Part shown: positions 1 to 12,384 of the stretch, piece by piece | How the letters are laid out: every line of letters begins with the position of its first letter | How positions within the stretch are numbered: position 1 is the stretch's first letter | Source of the DNA: Pristiophorus japonicus | Taxonomy: Eukaryota | NCBI RefSeq assembly: GCF_044704955.1 | Contig: NC_091999.1 | Span: forward strand, 57,102,001 to 57,166,000 | Direction of reading: 5' to 3' | DNA: 64,000 bases | Program-made: the position numbers and the translations under genes | The notes under the pieces: model-generated | Database searches by the model: none | Seen by the model: only the letters and a program-made list of their open reading frames with translations | What the model was told of the DNA's origin: nothing

Positions 1-649
1 ATATTCAGTACTTACAGAAATTAAAAAAACTACTTCACACCATTACAAATGATGCCCCACCATAAAGATTCCTTGGAACTCCATTCTCCCGACCTTGCAC
101 TTCTCCTCAGACGGGGGCTGTGACTGGTTACTGCACATTTTCACCGCAACAAAAAACGCAGCAAGATACCAGAAACTTAACATTGTTTCCTGTTGTCCCA
201 TAAATCTTGAAATTAATTTGACACTGGTTTTGAACCAGTATAATGCTGGTGTCGACCTCTTGAACCTCGGGCTATTCGGGCTTCAGCTATTATAACCAGC
301 AGAGATGAATTTGGGTGCAAGTATCTATAGACGGGTGTAAAGGAGCAAGGGATTTCAGGAAGAGCGCTATTCAATGCCTAACATAATTGCGCCCTAAAGA
401 ATTCCCATTTTACTCCGGGTATTTGCTTCACAGCCCGTTACAGGTGTCTCTGGCTGCAAATACACAGGAAATGTTACAGTTCTCCTGGAATCGTTGCCAA
501 TTAATTGTCCTTCCAATAACGGTGTTAAAGCAACAGCGGGAGGTTGATACCTCAAATGTGATATATTCCCCTTGAAAGAGTTAAGGCTAAATATTGGTGT
601 CCTGATTCTGAAGCTGCAGCTTTTCCTGACTTTCATTCCTGTTTCGCAG

Positions 650-958
650 TGGATGTCCCATGCAGTGATTCAAAAATCACTCTTCGCCCACCGTCACTGG
701 AACAGGTCTTACTGGAGGCGACGGTGACCTTAACCTGCGTCGTGTCTGACGCTCCTTATGGGCTCACCGTGTCCTGGACCCGAGAAAAGGAGGCTTTGAA
801 ATCAGAGATTGCCGTCCAACCGGGAGAGGATCCCAACAGCGTGATCAGCAACTTAAACATCTCGACACAAGACTGGCTGAGTGGGGATAAGTTCTACTGC
901 GTTGTGAGCCATCAGGATATGCCGACTCCGATCAGAGATTCCATCCACAAGGAAAAGG
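650..958 (+). CDS. IgNAR: Ig heavy-chain constant exon, penultimate C1-set domain (IgNAR C4-like)
   Basis: Acceptor tttcgcag ends at 649 and donor gtgagc starts at 959 (phase 1/1). Translation (V)[42 protein letters not shown]...[22 protein letters not shown] has the C1-set Cys/Trp/YxCxVxH pattern. The APYG...[11 protein letters not shown] segment resembles shark IgNAR more than IgW (from recall). Confidence 0.9.
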
Positions 959-1084
959 GTGAGCGGGGCGATTGTTGCAATAAGTGAGATACTGTGACTA
1001 AGGCATGTGCAAGAGCCAATCATTATATAAAATGTTTAATGGGCTACTTTGATCATTCAGTTTGGTAATTCCACGAACTCTGCA

Positions 1085-1270
1085 CTCTGTGACCTGACAT
1101 TATGTATTTTAGGGGAAAGTGGATAAGTCCATGAGTGAGAAAGGAATAGAAGGGTATGTTATTAGGATTAAATTAAGTGAGCTAGGAGGTGGCTTGTGTG
1201 GAACATACACACCGGCATAGACCAGTTGGCCAAATCTCCTCATTCTGTGCAGTAAATTCTATGTAATTTT
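1085..1270 (+). mobile_element. Old CR1-type LINE 3' end in the C-C intron
   Basis: ggaatagaagggtatg...ggcatagaccagttgg...ttctatgtaa tail resembles a degraded CR1 3' UTR. Confidence 0.5.
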
Positions 1271-1871
1271 CCAGACCAATCCTTCAAGATTTCAGAGAGA
1301 AAGATTGTGTTCCCTCTGCTGCGGGATGAAAAACCAGAAAGGCCCCAGAGGGGAAAAGGAAAAGCGTTAAAATTCAACGCAGTGTCCATTTCTCTCACAT
1401 CTAACCACCTGAAATTGGCTAAATTTAAATAAGGAAGGCGAGTTGTGGGCGGTGGTCTCACAGGCCACCCGGGAGAACGGGAGGATTGGAAGCCGAGTGA
1501 GGAGGTCTCGGATCGCGGGTGGTGGGTTAGGCAGGGACCCTGGATCCAGGGGTAGGTGTAAGGGCAATTACCACCTGGGTGCAGCAGTCCCCGCCTCGCT
1601 GTAACTGCAGGGATTTACACAGTGTGTCAATCTGGACCAGCGACTGTTAAACACCAAATGGTGGTTAAAATTGAAGATTCCATTCTCATTTAAATATTTT
1701 ACTCAACTATAATATTACAACCGGGAGTGGGCGCGTTGAGGTCGGGATATCGATTTTTACCAATTTAGCCACCTCCACGACCACAATCCGCCCGCTCCGT
1801 TAGGTTAAAGTTCACCCCCATTGTCTCTGGAACTGTCCAGTTCATTGACCTTTATTCTAACTGTTCTACAG

Positions 1872-2263
1872 CAAAAGATCGGCGGGAACCGGCCGTGTCT
1901 GTCCTCCTGCCCTCGGTAGAAGAAGTCTCCGCTCCGAGGTTGGTCAGCCTCACCTGCTTAGTGAGAGGTTTCTCCCCCCGAGAGATCTTTGTCAAATGGA
2001 CCGTCAATGACAAGCCGGTGGATTCCGGCAACTACAAGAACACCGAGGTGATGGCGGAGAACGGCAGCAGCTCCTTCTTCATGTACAGCCTGCTATCCAT
2101 TGCAGCCGAGGAGTGGGCCAGCGGCGCTTCTTACTCCTGTGTGGTGGGACATGAAGCGATCCCCTTGAAGATCACCAACAGAATCGTCAATAAATCCAGC
2201 GGTAAACCCAGTTTTGTGAACATTTCCCTTGTTCTGATGGACACCGTCAATTCTTGTCAATGA
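1872..2263 (+). CDS. IgNAR: Ig heavy-chain last constant exon plus secretory tail (IgNAR C5 + Sec)
   Basis: Acceptor ttctacag ends at 1871. Translation (A)[13 protein letters not shown]...[17 protein letters not shown]...[43 protein letters not shown]. The internal donor G|GTAAAC at 2201/2202 would be used by the membrane form. The tail has the NIS sequon and penultimate Cys typical of IgNAR/IgW. Confidence 0.93.
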
Positions 2264-2301
2264 CAATCTCTCGATTGCCTTTCAGTTCTTAAATAGAAAC
2301 C

Positions 2302-2307
2302 AATAAA
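2302..2307 (+). terminator. Polyadenylation signal of the secreted-form mRNA
   Basis: AATAAA about 40 nt after the secretory stop, followed by GT/T-rich sequence. Confidence 0.8.
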
Positions 2308-2619
2308 GTGTTCTCCTTCCAACAGTGAGCTAAACACACTGCCGCTCAATTAATTGTGTTTCCTATTTTGGCCAATGTGAGGGCGAAGTAGGGGGTTTGC
2401 TGTTCTCTGGTCCAAGGCTTGTACAGCCAGAGCTCCCAGTGCAGAAACACCATGGGCTAGAGACAGCGTGAAGCTCTATCTTTACAGGATTCATGAAAGT
2501 AACTTCACAAACTTCCTACCTTTCCTATTTCCGATAAATAAAGGCAGCACATTTATATCTCGGTGTCCCTATTTCTCGGTTGTCTACCGCAAATTCAGAA
2601 TTGAAGTCAGTTTCATATT

Positions 2620-3060
2620 GCAGCCACGGGGAACTGAAGTGAGTGCCACACACGAACACGAACTGTACCTCCACTCCCCACCTGAGAGAGGGGAAAGGGT
2701 AATTGTTAACCAACTTTAGAACCACTTCCCTAACTAGAGAGAGGGGGGGGGGGGAACGGTAATTGTTGGGCCACTTTAATACCATTCCCCCAACAGCGAG
2801 TGAGAGGAACAGCAATTGTTAACCCACTGTACACTCCCTCCTCCACCAGAGATAGGGAAATGGGCAATAGTTAACCCACTGTATCAGGCACTCCCCCAGC
2901 AGAGATTGTGATGGGTAATTGGTAATCTACTGTCGCTCCCCACTCCCCCAGCTGTGAGAGAGTAAAGGGTAATTATTAGCTTACTGGACCTATCACATCC
3001 ACCAGCGAGAGGGGAAAGGGCAATGTGTAATTCATGTAATCACCACTGCGCCCCCTGCAG
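2620..3060 (+). repeat. Degenerate ~55-60 bp tandem repeat
   Basis: Recurrent actcccc...gagagggg(a)aagggtaattgttaacccact units. Confidence 0.55.
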
Positions 3061-3109
3061 GGACATGGGAAGTGAACCAACCTATTTTATATGGACTAAG
3101 TTGGCATCA

Positions 3110-5200
3110 GTACAATGTGAGATTCTAAACCATGGTCTAAATATTTTAAATTTGCCACATGAGTATTATATTCTGAAATAACTATTTATTCCACGTAATA
3201 TTTTTAAATAGGGTTGGGGGTGCAGCAGTCCCTGTTAATTGTAAACAAACATGTTGAATTCTAATGGGCCATATCTAAACTGGTGATTGAATCCACTGCG
3301 GGTTTCTCACAGTTGTGTCCCTGATGTTTCTGAGGCCCATCGGTTGAATCGTTGCATTCTTTCAGCTGACGTCACATAATTCCTCAAACAGAACACATTT
3401 ACACAGAGCCAGGGAGAATAAATGTGAAAGTGAGTTTGTGTGTGTTCACATGGAAGTATGTTGATGACTTTGTGTAAGTGTGTGTGTTTTTGTGTAAGTG
3501 CACAATTACACATAAACACACATAGACTTACATATAAAGACATACATTAACACTCTGACACATAATATTATACATAACTAGAATATAATGAAAACCATCT
3601 TTGTAAAATCCAGTTATTGATACTCTCTGAAACTTCGAACAGTAGCAATAATAGATATCAATCCAAACACACACTACACAAAACACAGTTACACACACTT
3701 ACACACATAAAAACACACGTCAATCCACACACACACTTACACAAAGCACACTTACACAAAACACACTTACACACGCATAAACACACACACCAATCCAAAC
3801 ACACACTTACAAAATGCACACTTGCACACACTTACACACACATAAATACACACATCAATCCATACACGCACTTACATAAAACATACTTTCACACACATAA
3901 ACACACACATCAATCCACACACACACTTACACCAAACACACTTACACACACATAAACACACAGACACCAATCCAAACACACACTTACAAAAACCACACTT
4001 GCATATACTTACACACACATAAATACACACATCAATCCATACACGCACTTACATAAAACATACTTTCACACACATAAACACACACATCAAGCCACACACA
4101 CACTTACACCAAACACACTTACACACACATAAACACACACACACCAATCCAAACACACACTTACAAAAAACACACTTGCATATACTTACACACACATAAA
4201 TACACACATCAATCCATACACGCACTTACAAAAAAGATACTTTCACACACATAAACACACACATCAATCCACACACGTACTTACACCAAACACACTTACA
4301 CACACATAAATACTCACATCAATCCACAGACACACTTACACAAAACACACTTACGCACACATAAATACACATATCAATCCACACACGCACTTACACAAAA
4401 CACACTTACACACACAAACATACACATCAATCCACACACGCACACACACATAAACACACACGTCAATCCACACACACACTTACACAAAACACAGGTGCAA
4501 ACACTTACACACACTTACAAACACTTATACACATTTACAAAAATCACATTTACACACACATAAACACACTGTGTACAATGTGAGATTCTAACCCATGGTG
4601 TAAAGATTTTAAACTTGCCACATGAGTATTCTATTCTGAAATAACTATTTATTCCACGTAATATTTTTAAATAGTGTTGGGGTGAAATTGTACCTGTTAA
4701 TTGTAAACGAACATGTTGAATTCTAACGGGCCATATCTAAACTGGTGAATTAATCCTCTGCGGGTTTCTCACAGTGTCCCTGATGTTTCTGAGGCCCATC
4801 GGTTGAATTGTTGCATTCTTTCGGCTGACGTCACATTATTCCTCAAACAGAACACATTTACAGAGTCGGGAGAATAAATATGAAAGTGAGGTTGTGTGTG
4901 TTCACATGGAAGTGTGTTGATGATTTTGTGTAAGTGTTTGTGTTTTTGTGTAAGTGCACAATTACACATAAACACACATAGACTTATATATAATGACATA
5001 CGTTAACACTCTGACACACAATATTACACATAACTAGAATATAATGAAAACCATCATTGTAAAATCCAGTTATTGATACTCTCTGAAACTTCGAACATTA
5101 GCAATAATAGACAATAATCCAAACACACACTACACAAAACACAGTTACACACACATAAAGACACACTTCAATCCACACACACATTTCACAAAACATACTG
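3110..5200 (+). repeat. Direct duplication of a ~0.55 kb unique block plus CA-rich tail (copies start at 3110 and 4573)
   Basis: gtacaatgtgagattctaa at 3110 and 4573. The two minus-strand ORFs 3307-3543 and 4769-4999 are near-identical. Confidence 0.9.
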
Positions 5201-6660
5201 ACACGCACTTACACACCCATAATTACTTCACATCAATCCACACATACACTTACACAAAATACACTTACACACACTTACACACACACATCAATCCAAACAC
5301 ACAATTACACAAAGCACACTTACACACACTTACACGGAACACACTTACACACACATAAGTACACACATACCAATCCAAACACACTTACAAAAAGCACACT
5401 TGCACACACATAAATAGACACATCAATCCATACACGCACTTACACAAAACACGCTTTCACACACATACACACACACATCAATCCACACATACACTTACAC
5501 AAAACACAGGTACACACACTTACACACACATTAACACACACATCAATCCACACACACACTTACACAAAACACACTTACTCACACATAAACATACACATCA
5601 ATCCACACACGCACTTACGCAAAGCACACTTACACACACATAAACATACACATCAATCCACACACGCACTTACCCAAAACACACACACACACACACTACA
5701 CACACATAAACACACACGTCAATCCACACACACACTTACACAAAACACACGTGCAAACACTTATACACACTTACACAAAACACATTTACAAACACATAAA
5801 CGCACACATGAATCCACACATGCACTTACACAAAACACACGTACACACACTTAAACACACATAAACACAAAAATCAATCCAAACACACTTACAAAAAGCA
5901 CACTTATACACACTTACACACACACATTTTCACACACGTCAATCCAAACACCCACTTACAAACACACACTTCCACATACATCAATCCAAACACTCACTTA
6001 CAAAAACACACTTACACACACTTACACACACATAAACACACACATCAATCCACACACACACTAACATAAAACACACACACACAAACACACACAAACTTAC
6101 CTGCAAACCCACTGTTACATGTAAACACGCACACGCTTACACCTAAACATAAACGAACACTCAGACATAATCACACACTTACACTTACAGACAAACACAC
6201 ACATGAACTTACATACATATACACAAGGATACACATACACTTACACAAATGCACACACGTGAACACACTTGCACACAAACATACACACACAAACATCAAT
6301 ACACAAACCCTTAGACATGGACGTGCTTATACATAAACTTACCTGCACCCAACTACACCAAATCGCACACTCATAATTACAGATAAGCACACGCTTCCAT
6401 ATAGACACAGGCCCACTTACACAAAATAACACAAAGATTTACACAGGCATACTCAATCTTACAACTGCACACGTGCACAAACTTACACATCAACAAACAC
6501 AGTTACACATAAACACACACACACACACACTTTTACACATAAACGTACACACACAGAGAAAAGCACGCACACAATTACATAAACACACACAGTAACACCC
6601 TCACAGAGACACGGAAACATGAACTAATCCAGAACAAGAGATAGTCATGCACTCACATAA
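3660..6660 (+). repeat. CA-rich compound minisatellite (3660-4570 and 5120-6660)
   Basis: Repeated acacacttacacacacataaacacacacatcaatcc-like units with extreme A/C strand bias. Confidence 0.95.
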
Positions 6661-7308
6661 ACAGTAAAGAGCACAAACAAAAACGTCCGGCTATAGACGA
6701 ATGTCAATTAAAATGCAGTTTTTGGCCGGACAAAGTACCAATGCTTGGCCAGAATAAATAATACCTGATACCATAATATCTCACATTTCACTATTCTATC
6801 CTTACACATACACTGGATCAATATAGTTCTTGCAAACCGATATGTTAATTATGGACAGAGCATTGTCTTAACAAATAAATAAACAAGGTAAAAACTCACA
6901 ACTGATCTCTTAAATAGCCCCTTTGGCAGGCTCCAAATAATTAACTACCTTAACCTACCGGTAAAGCGATAGAGATCCAGCTGTAATCCTCACTCGATAT
7001 TTCATCATATTATTCTGGAATGATCAAGCGTAACGAAGTCATCCAAAATCAATTAGCCTCTGAGATTGAAGAAAAACTATCATATTTTCCAAAACGGACG
7101 AAAAGAGGATCATAAAGAAAGAACGACTGTGGAGTGAGGCACAGAGAGAGGTTGCTGAGAGTGATTAACTTAACACAAGGTATACATTCAAAGTTAAATT
7201 AGAGTATAAACTAATACCTTACGGGAAAGAAAAGAGGAAATAAATTAATAGTATGACATCCCGCATTAAAAACGATCTGAATATATTTCCTCCCCTACAT
7301 CCCCGTAG

Positions 7309-7436
7309 ATTCCTCAGACCACATCTGGAGTGAAGAGTACGAGGACGAGAGCGACAAAATCTGGACAACCGCTTCCACATTCATCATCCTGTTCTTCCTG
7401 AGCATTTCCTACAGCACTGCCATCACTCTGGTGAAG
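7309..7436 (+). CDS. IgNAR: Ig heavy-chain transmembrane exon TM1
   Basis: Acceptor ccccgtag ends at 7308. In frame with the 2201 donor it reads DSSDHIWSEEYEDESDKIWTTASTFIILFFLSISYSTAITLVK, with the CART-like TF..LF.LS..YS motif. Donor gtggga at 7437. Confidence 0.92.
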
Positions 7437-7551
7437 GTGGGAAGATTCAATCCGCTCACACTTCCATCTGACGGAAGCCGTTTGACAAATCCTGAGATAA
7501 ATGCCCTAGAGCACTAAACCTCAGCTTCATTCTTTTATCTCTCTATTACAG

Positions 7552-7559
7552 TCAAGTGA
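7552..7559 (+). CDS. IgNAR: TM2 exon (canonical VK-stop), apparently lacking one G at the acceptor junction
   Basis: Polypyrimidine tract followed by ttacagtcaagtga; the canonical form would be ttacag|GTC AAG TGA. AATAAA at 7621, 8436 and 8454. Confidence 0.7.
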
Positions 7560-7913
7560 TGGTCTGACTTTCGGCCGCCGTGGATTTTCTTCATCTGTTT
7601 ATCATCTCTGTGTCACTAAAAATAAACTATGTCCTCTTGGTGATTCTCAGAGTAAAATGCCTCAAGTTACTAGATCCGAATCAGTAGCTGAGAAATATAT
7701 AACTGGGATTTCCGGCTTTGAGTTTGAAATATGTACGATAATTGTGGCTGTAATGTAACTGTATCTCGGGATTTCACCGTGCCTTGAATATTTCGTTTGC
7801 AAATAAGTAACTTTACTCATTTTATTCACAATTTTTCCCTTCCCTTTATGCTGAACCCCTGTTTTCTCTCCCTCTGGTGTCTGTCACAACAGTACAGATA
7901 GCTGGCAGCTCCG

Positions 7914-8342
7914 ACATAAGAACATAAGAAATAGGAGCAGGAGTAGACCTAATGGCCCCTCGAGTTTTCTGCGCAATTCAATACATTCAGGGCTGATAAT
8001 CGACCTCAACTCCACTTTCCCGCCCGATAGCCATATCCCTAGTTCTTCTTGAGCCAAAAATCTATCTATTTGGGTCTTGAATATATTTAGAGACTCAGCA
8101 TCCACAGCCCTCTGGGGCAGAGAATTCCAAAGGTTCAGAACCCTCTGAGTGGAGGAATTCCTCCTCGTCTCTGTCTTAACTGGCCGATCCTTTATCTTTA
8201 GACAGTGCCTCCCTAGTTCTGGACTCTCCAGCCAGGGAGAAACAACGCTTCAGCATTTATCCTGTCAATCGCTCTCAGAATCTTATGTTTCAATCCGATC
8301 ACCTCTCATTATTCTAAACTCCAGAGAGTACAGGCCCAATCC
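7914..8342 (-). mobile_element. CR1 LINE 3' fragment in the membrane-form 3' UTR region
   Basis: Reverse-strand tail repeat acataagaacataagaa and ORF2 C-terminal remnants (FKTQIDRFL). Confidence 0.85.
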
Positions 8343-8789
8343 ATCTGAGTTCGGTTCTCAATGTTCTGCTCAGTTGTATTCACTTTGTGTTCACTTTTTT
8401 AAACTTCCCTGTAAATTGTTTTCTATGACATTGTTAATAAATCTGGAATCACAAATAAACTAACTTGGAAATTGCTCTGTTTATTTCTCCATGGCTCCAT
8501 TTTCCCTGTCACACTGTGTTTTATTTACCTGAATGGTATGTTTCACCCGTCCTGTCTGGGTTGTGATTGAAACCAAGTCTCATTGGTGAAAGACCCACTG
8601 CGCCACCCAGTGTCCCTGGAGTAAAGACACCTCTACCGCTGCCTTGTTGTATCCGGTCCCAGAGGCGCAATTACTGCACAGCGACCAGATGCACCATGCA
8701 GCCTCCTCGAATATTATGGTCTGTCGCAGTCACATGGCAGGTTCTATCAAAGAGCAGGACTCTGCTCCATCACAGCTTGTCACATTTCA

Positions 8790-9395
8790 GTACACGACAG
8801 AGTAAGTTTCCCTCTACAGTATCCCATACAAATCTCCTAGGGCAGGTACAGCATGGGATTGATATAAGGTAAATGCCCCTATACACTGTCCAATCAAATA
8901 CTCACAGGGCAGGTAAAGCACGCATTAGATACAGAGTACAGCTCCCTCTACACCGACCCATCAAACATTCCAAGTGCAGGGAGAGCACGGTTAGATATAG
9001 AGTAATGCTCCCTCTACACTGACCCATCAAACTCTCCCAGGGCAGGGAAAGCATGGGTTAGATACAGAGTAAAGCTCCCTCTACACTGATCCATCAAACT
9101 CTCCCAGGGCAGGGACAGCACGGGTTGGATACAGTGTAAATCTCCCTCTACACTGACCCATCAAACTCTCCCAGTGCAGGGACAGCATGGGTTAGATACA
9201 GAGTAAAGCTCCCTCTACACTGACCCATCAAACTCTCCCAGGGCAGGGACAGCACGGGTTAGATACAGTGTAAAGCTCCCTCTACCCTGACGAATCAAAC
9301 TCTCCCAGGGCAGGTACAGCACGGGTTAGATATAGAGTAAAACTCCCTCTACAGTGTCCCAGCAAAAGTCGCAGGGCAGGGATAGCACTGGTTCG
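8790..9395 (+). repeat. 67-bp satellite (gggttagatacagagtaaagctccctctacactgacccatcaaactctcccagggcaggtacagcac)
   Basis: Period of 67 nt (gagtaa at ~9000, 9067, 9201, 9335). The same family recurs at 34-45 kb and 57.6-59.65 kb. Confidence 0.9.
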
Positions 9396-9869
9396 AAATC
9401 TGACACAAACACCGTGCACAACCTTGGGGAATCATTCCCAGAGCTCGGTGGTTTTCAGACATACACACGCTCTCTCGACCTTTTTCTGTTATACACCGCG
9501 ACTCTCTCAATTTTCCAGCTGAACAGCTTTTAGACAGTATTTCAGGCAGATAAGATCCGGCACGGCACGGTGCCCATGGGTATTATGGAGCCCTCTCCGC
9601 CGGTGTGCTAGGTGGGGGCAGAGTGTGTGATCGCCGGGGAAAATCCAATTCTGATCTAATACCATTTTAGTTTTGACCAGGCTAAGTATGCGAGTGGAGC
9701 CCTCCTCTCGGGGAGAGCATTTGTACAATGAATTTTGGTTTTGGACTGTCCTCTTTAAATGACTCCCGAGTCCAAACGTTTTAAACAGAACGAGGAGCAA
9801 AATAACCACCTGCAATCCTGCTCTAATCTCAGCAACGCCCATTAACACTGGCACTCTGTCTCCTGTTTC

Positions 9870-11657
9870 CAGAATGCAGTTAGCCCTACTGGAATTAGTA
9901 ATGGGGAACATGGAGATGGCAGAAACTCTGAACAATATTTCGTATTAGTCTTTACAGTCGAGGACGCTAGCAATATTCCGACAGTGGATAGTAAAGGGCC
10001 AATAGGACGGGTGGAACTTAACACAATCACAATCACTAAGGCGATGGTACTCAGTAAGATAATGGGAATAAAGGCGGATAAATCCCCTAGACATGAGGGA
10101 TTGCATCCTCGGGTCTTAAAAGATGTAGTGATAGGGATTGTGGATGTATTGGTTTTAATTTACCAAAATTCTCTGGATTCTGGGGAGATCCCAGGAGATT
10201 TGGAAATTGCAAATGTAATGTGCCTATTTAAAAAAGGAAGTAGACAAAAAGCAGAAAACTATAGATCAGTTAGACTAAAATCTGTGGTTGGGAAAATGTT
10301 GGAGTACATTATTAAAGAAGCTGTAGCAGGACATTTTGAAAAGCAAAATTCGGTCTGGCAGAATCAGCATGGACTTATGAAGTGGAAGTCAGGTTTGACA
10401 AATTTGATGGAGTTCTTTGAGGATGTAACGAACAGGGTGGATAAACCAGAAACAGTGGAAGTGGTGTATTTGGACTTATGGAGGCATTTGACAAGGTGCG
10501 ACATAAACGGTTAATGCACAAGATAAACGTTCACGGGGTTGGGGGTAATATAGTAGCATGGATAGAAAAGTGGCTAACGAACATAAACAGAGAGTAGGGA
10601 TAAATGGGTAATTCTCTCATTGGCAACCAGTAACTAGTGGGGCGCCGCAGGGATCAGTGCTGTGACCCCAACTATTTACTATCTATATTAACGACTTGGA
10701 AGAAGGGACTGAGTGAAACATATTCAAGTTTGATGACGTTACAAAGATGGGAGGAAAAGCAATGTGTGAGGAGGACACACAAAATCTGCAAAAGGACGTA
10801 GACAGGCTAAGTGAGTGGGTCAAAATTTGTCAGATGGAGTATAATGTTAGAAAGTGTGAGGTCATGCACTTTTGCAGAAAAAAATCGAAGAGCACGTTAT
10901 TATTTAAATGGAGAAAAATTGTAAAATGCCGCAGCACAGCAGGACCTGGGGTATTTGTGCATGAAACACAAAAGGAGAGTATGCAGGTAGAGCAAGTGAT
11001 CAGGAAGGCCAATGGTATCTTGACTTTTATTGCAAAGGGGATGGACTATAAAAGCAGGGATGTCTTGCTAATGCTATATAAGATATTGGTGAGGCCAAAC
11101 CTGGAATACGACGTGACGTTTTGATTTCCATATTTACGAAAGGATATACTTGCTTTGGAAGCAGTTCAGAGAAGATTCACTAGGTTGATTCCGGGAATGA
11201 GGAGGGTGAGTTATGAGGAACGGTCGAGTAGGTTGGGCCTCCACTCATTGGAATTCAGAAGAATGAGAGGTGATCTTATCGAAGAGTATAATCTTAGGGG
11301 GCTTGTCAGGATGGATTTAACGAGCATGTTTCCACTGAACTAGAGGGCATGATCTTAGAATCAGGGGCCGCCCATTTAAAACAGAGATGAGCAGAAATCT
11401 CTTCTCTCAGAGGGTTGTAAATCTGTGGAAATCGCTGCCTCAGAGAGTTCTGGAAGCTGGGACATTGAATAAATTTAAGGCAGAAATAGACGGTTTCTTA
11501 AACGATAAGGGGATAAGGGGTTATGGGCAGCGGGCAGGAAAGTGGAGCTGAATCCATGAACAGATCAGCACTGATCCTATTGAAAGATGGAGCAGGCTCG
11601 AGGGACCGTTGTGTCTACTCCTGTTCCTATTTCTTATGTTCTTATGTTCTTATGTTC
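9870..11657 (+). mobile_element. CR1 LINE, 5'-truncated, decayed ORF2 (RT)
   Basis: KSP...GLHPRVLK, NYRSV.L.SVVGKMLE, QHG...SGLTNLMEFF, EAVQRRFTRLIPG, and an (ttcttatg)n tail at ~11630-11657; several stops and frameshifts. Confidence 0.92.
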
Positions 11658-11659
11658 TA

Positions 11660-11990
11660 CTCTGCTCCATTCCCTCTGATACCATCACCCCAAACTCAGT
11701 GATCATCACCCCAGGGATCCTGTCTCGCTGCCCTGCTCCATTCCCTCTGATACCATCTCCCTGAACTCACTAATAATCAACTGGGGATCCTGTCTGCCTT
11801 CTCTGCTCCTTTCCCCCTGATACCATCTCCACGAACTCACTGATCATCACCCCGGGGATCCTGCCTCGCTGCTCAACTGCATTCGCTCTGTTACCATCTC
11901 CCTTAACTCATTGGTCATCATCCCAGGGATTCTGTCTCCCTGCTCTAGTCCATTCCCTCTGATACCATCTCCCTGAACTCACTGATGATT
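11660..11990 (+). repeat. ~70-bp tandem repeat, 5 copies
   Basis: taccatc recurs at ~11680, 11751, 11821, 11892 and 11963. Confidence 0.85.
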
Positions 11991-12384
11991 ACGCAGAGTT
12001 CTACCAGTGATATTCGCTCCCTGTTTCGCTGAACTTTGTGTACACTGTCCTTTACCGTCTGAACTTTCATTCGGAGCCCCCCGACCAAAAAACACCTCCC
12101 ACGGTTTGTGGTCACACCAGAGTATCTTCCCCCGTGTTCCTTCTGTTGCCGCGCTGCTCTTTCTCTAAACCCATGCGGTCTAGGCCTGAAGCCTCCTGCA
12201 GTAGAATGACACTTAGCGTTGGCGGGAGAGAAGATTCATCGGCGCTACTGAAGGGGCTTGGAAGTTAGTTTGGGAATGGATGGAGTTGCTGCCTAATCTA
12301 ATATACCTCCTATTGACAGATGTTCGAAGTTAGAATTAAGAAGCTTATTTTACACGTCTTTAATTAATGAATAATTTTTATGTT

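Noticed and set aside
1365-1820. Possible MITE in the C-C intron (similar pieces at ~305-570 and ~48040-48560)
   Set aside because: Terminal inverted repeats and TSD could not be defined confidently by eye.
3617-3955. His/Thr-rich ORF
   Set aside because: Translation of the CA repeat.
4567-4776. RSS heptamers CACTGTG and CACAGTG
   Set aside because: No nonamer at 12/23 spacing and no adjacent V/D/J segment.
3660-6660. Class-switch region
   Set aside because: Not G-rich on the sense strand, lacks AGCT arrays, and lies 3' of the C exons.
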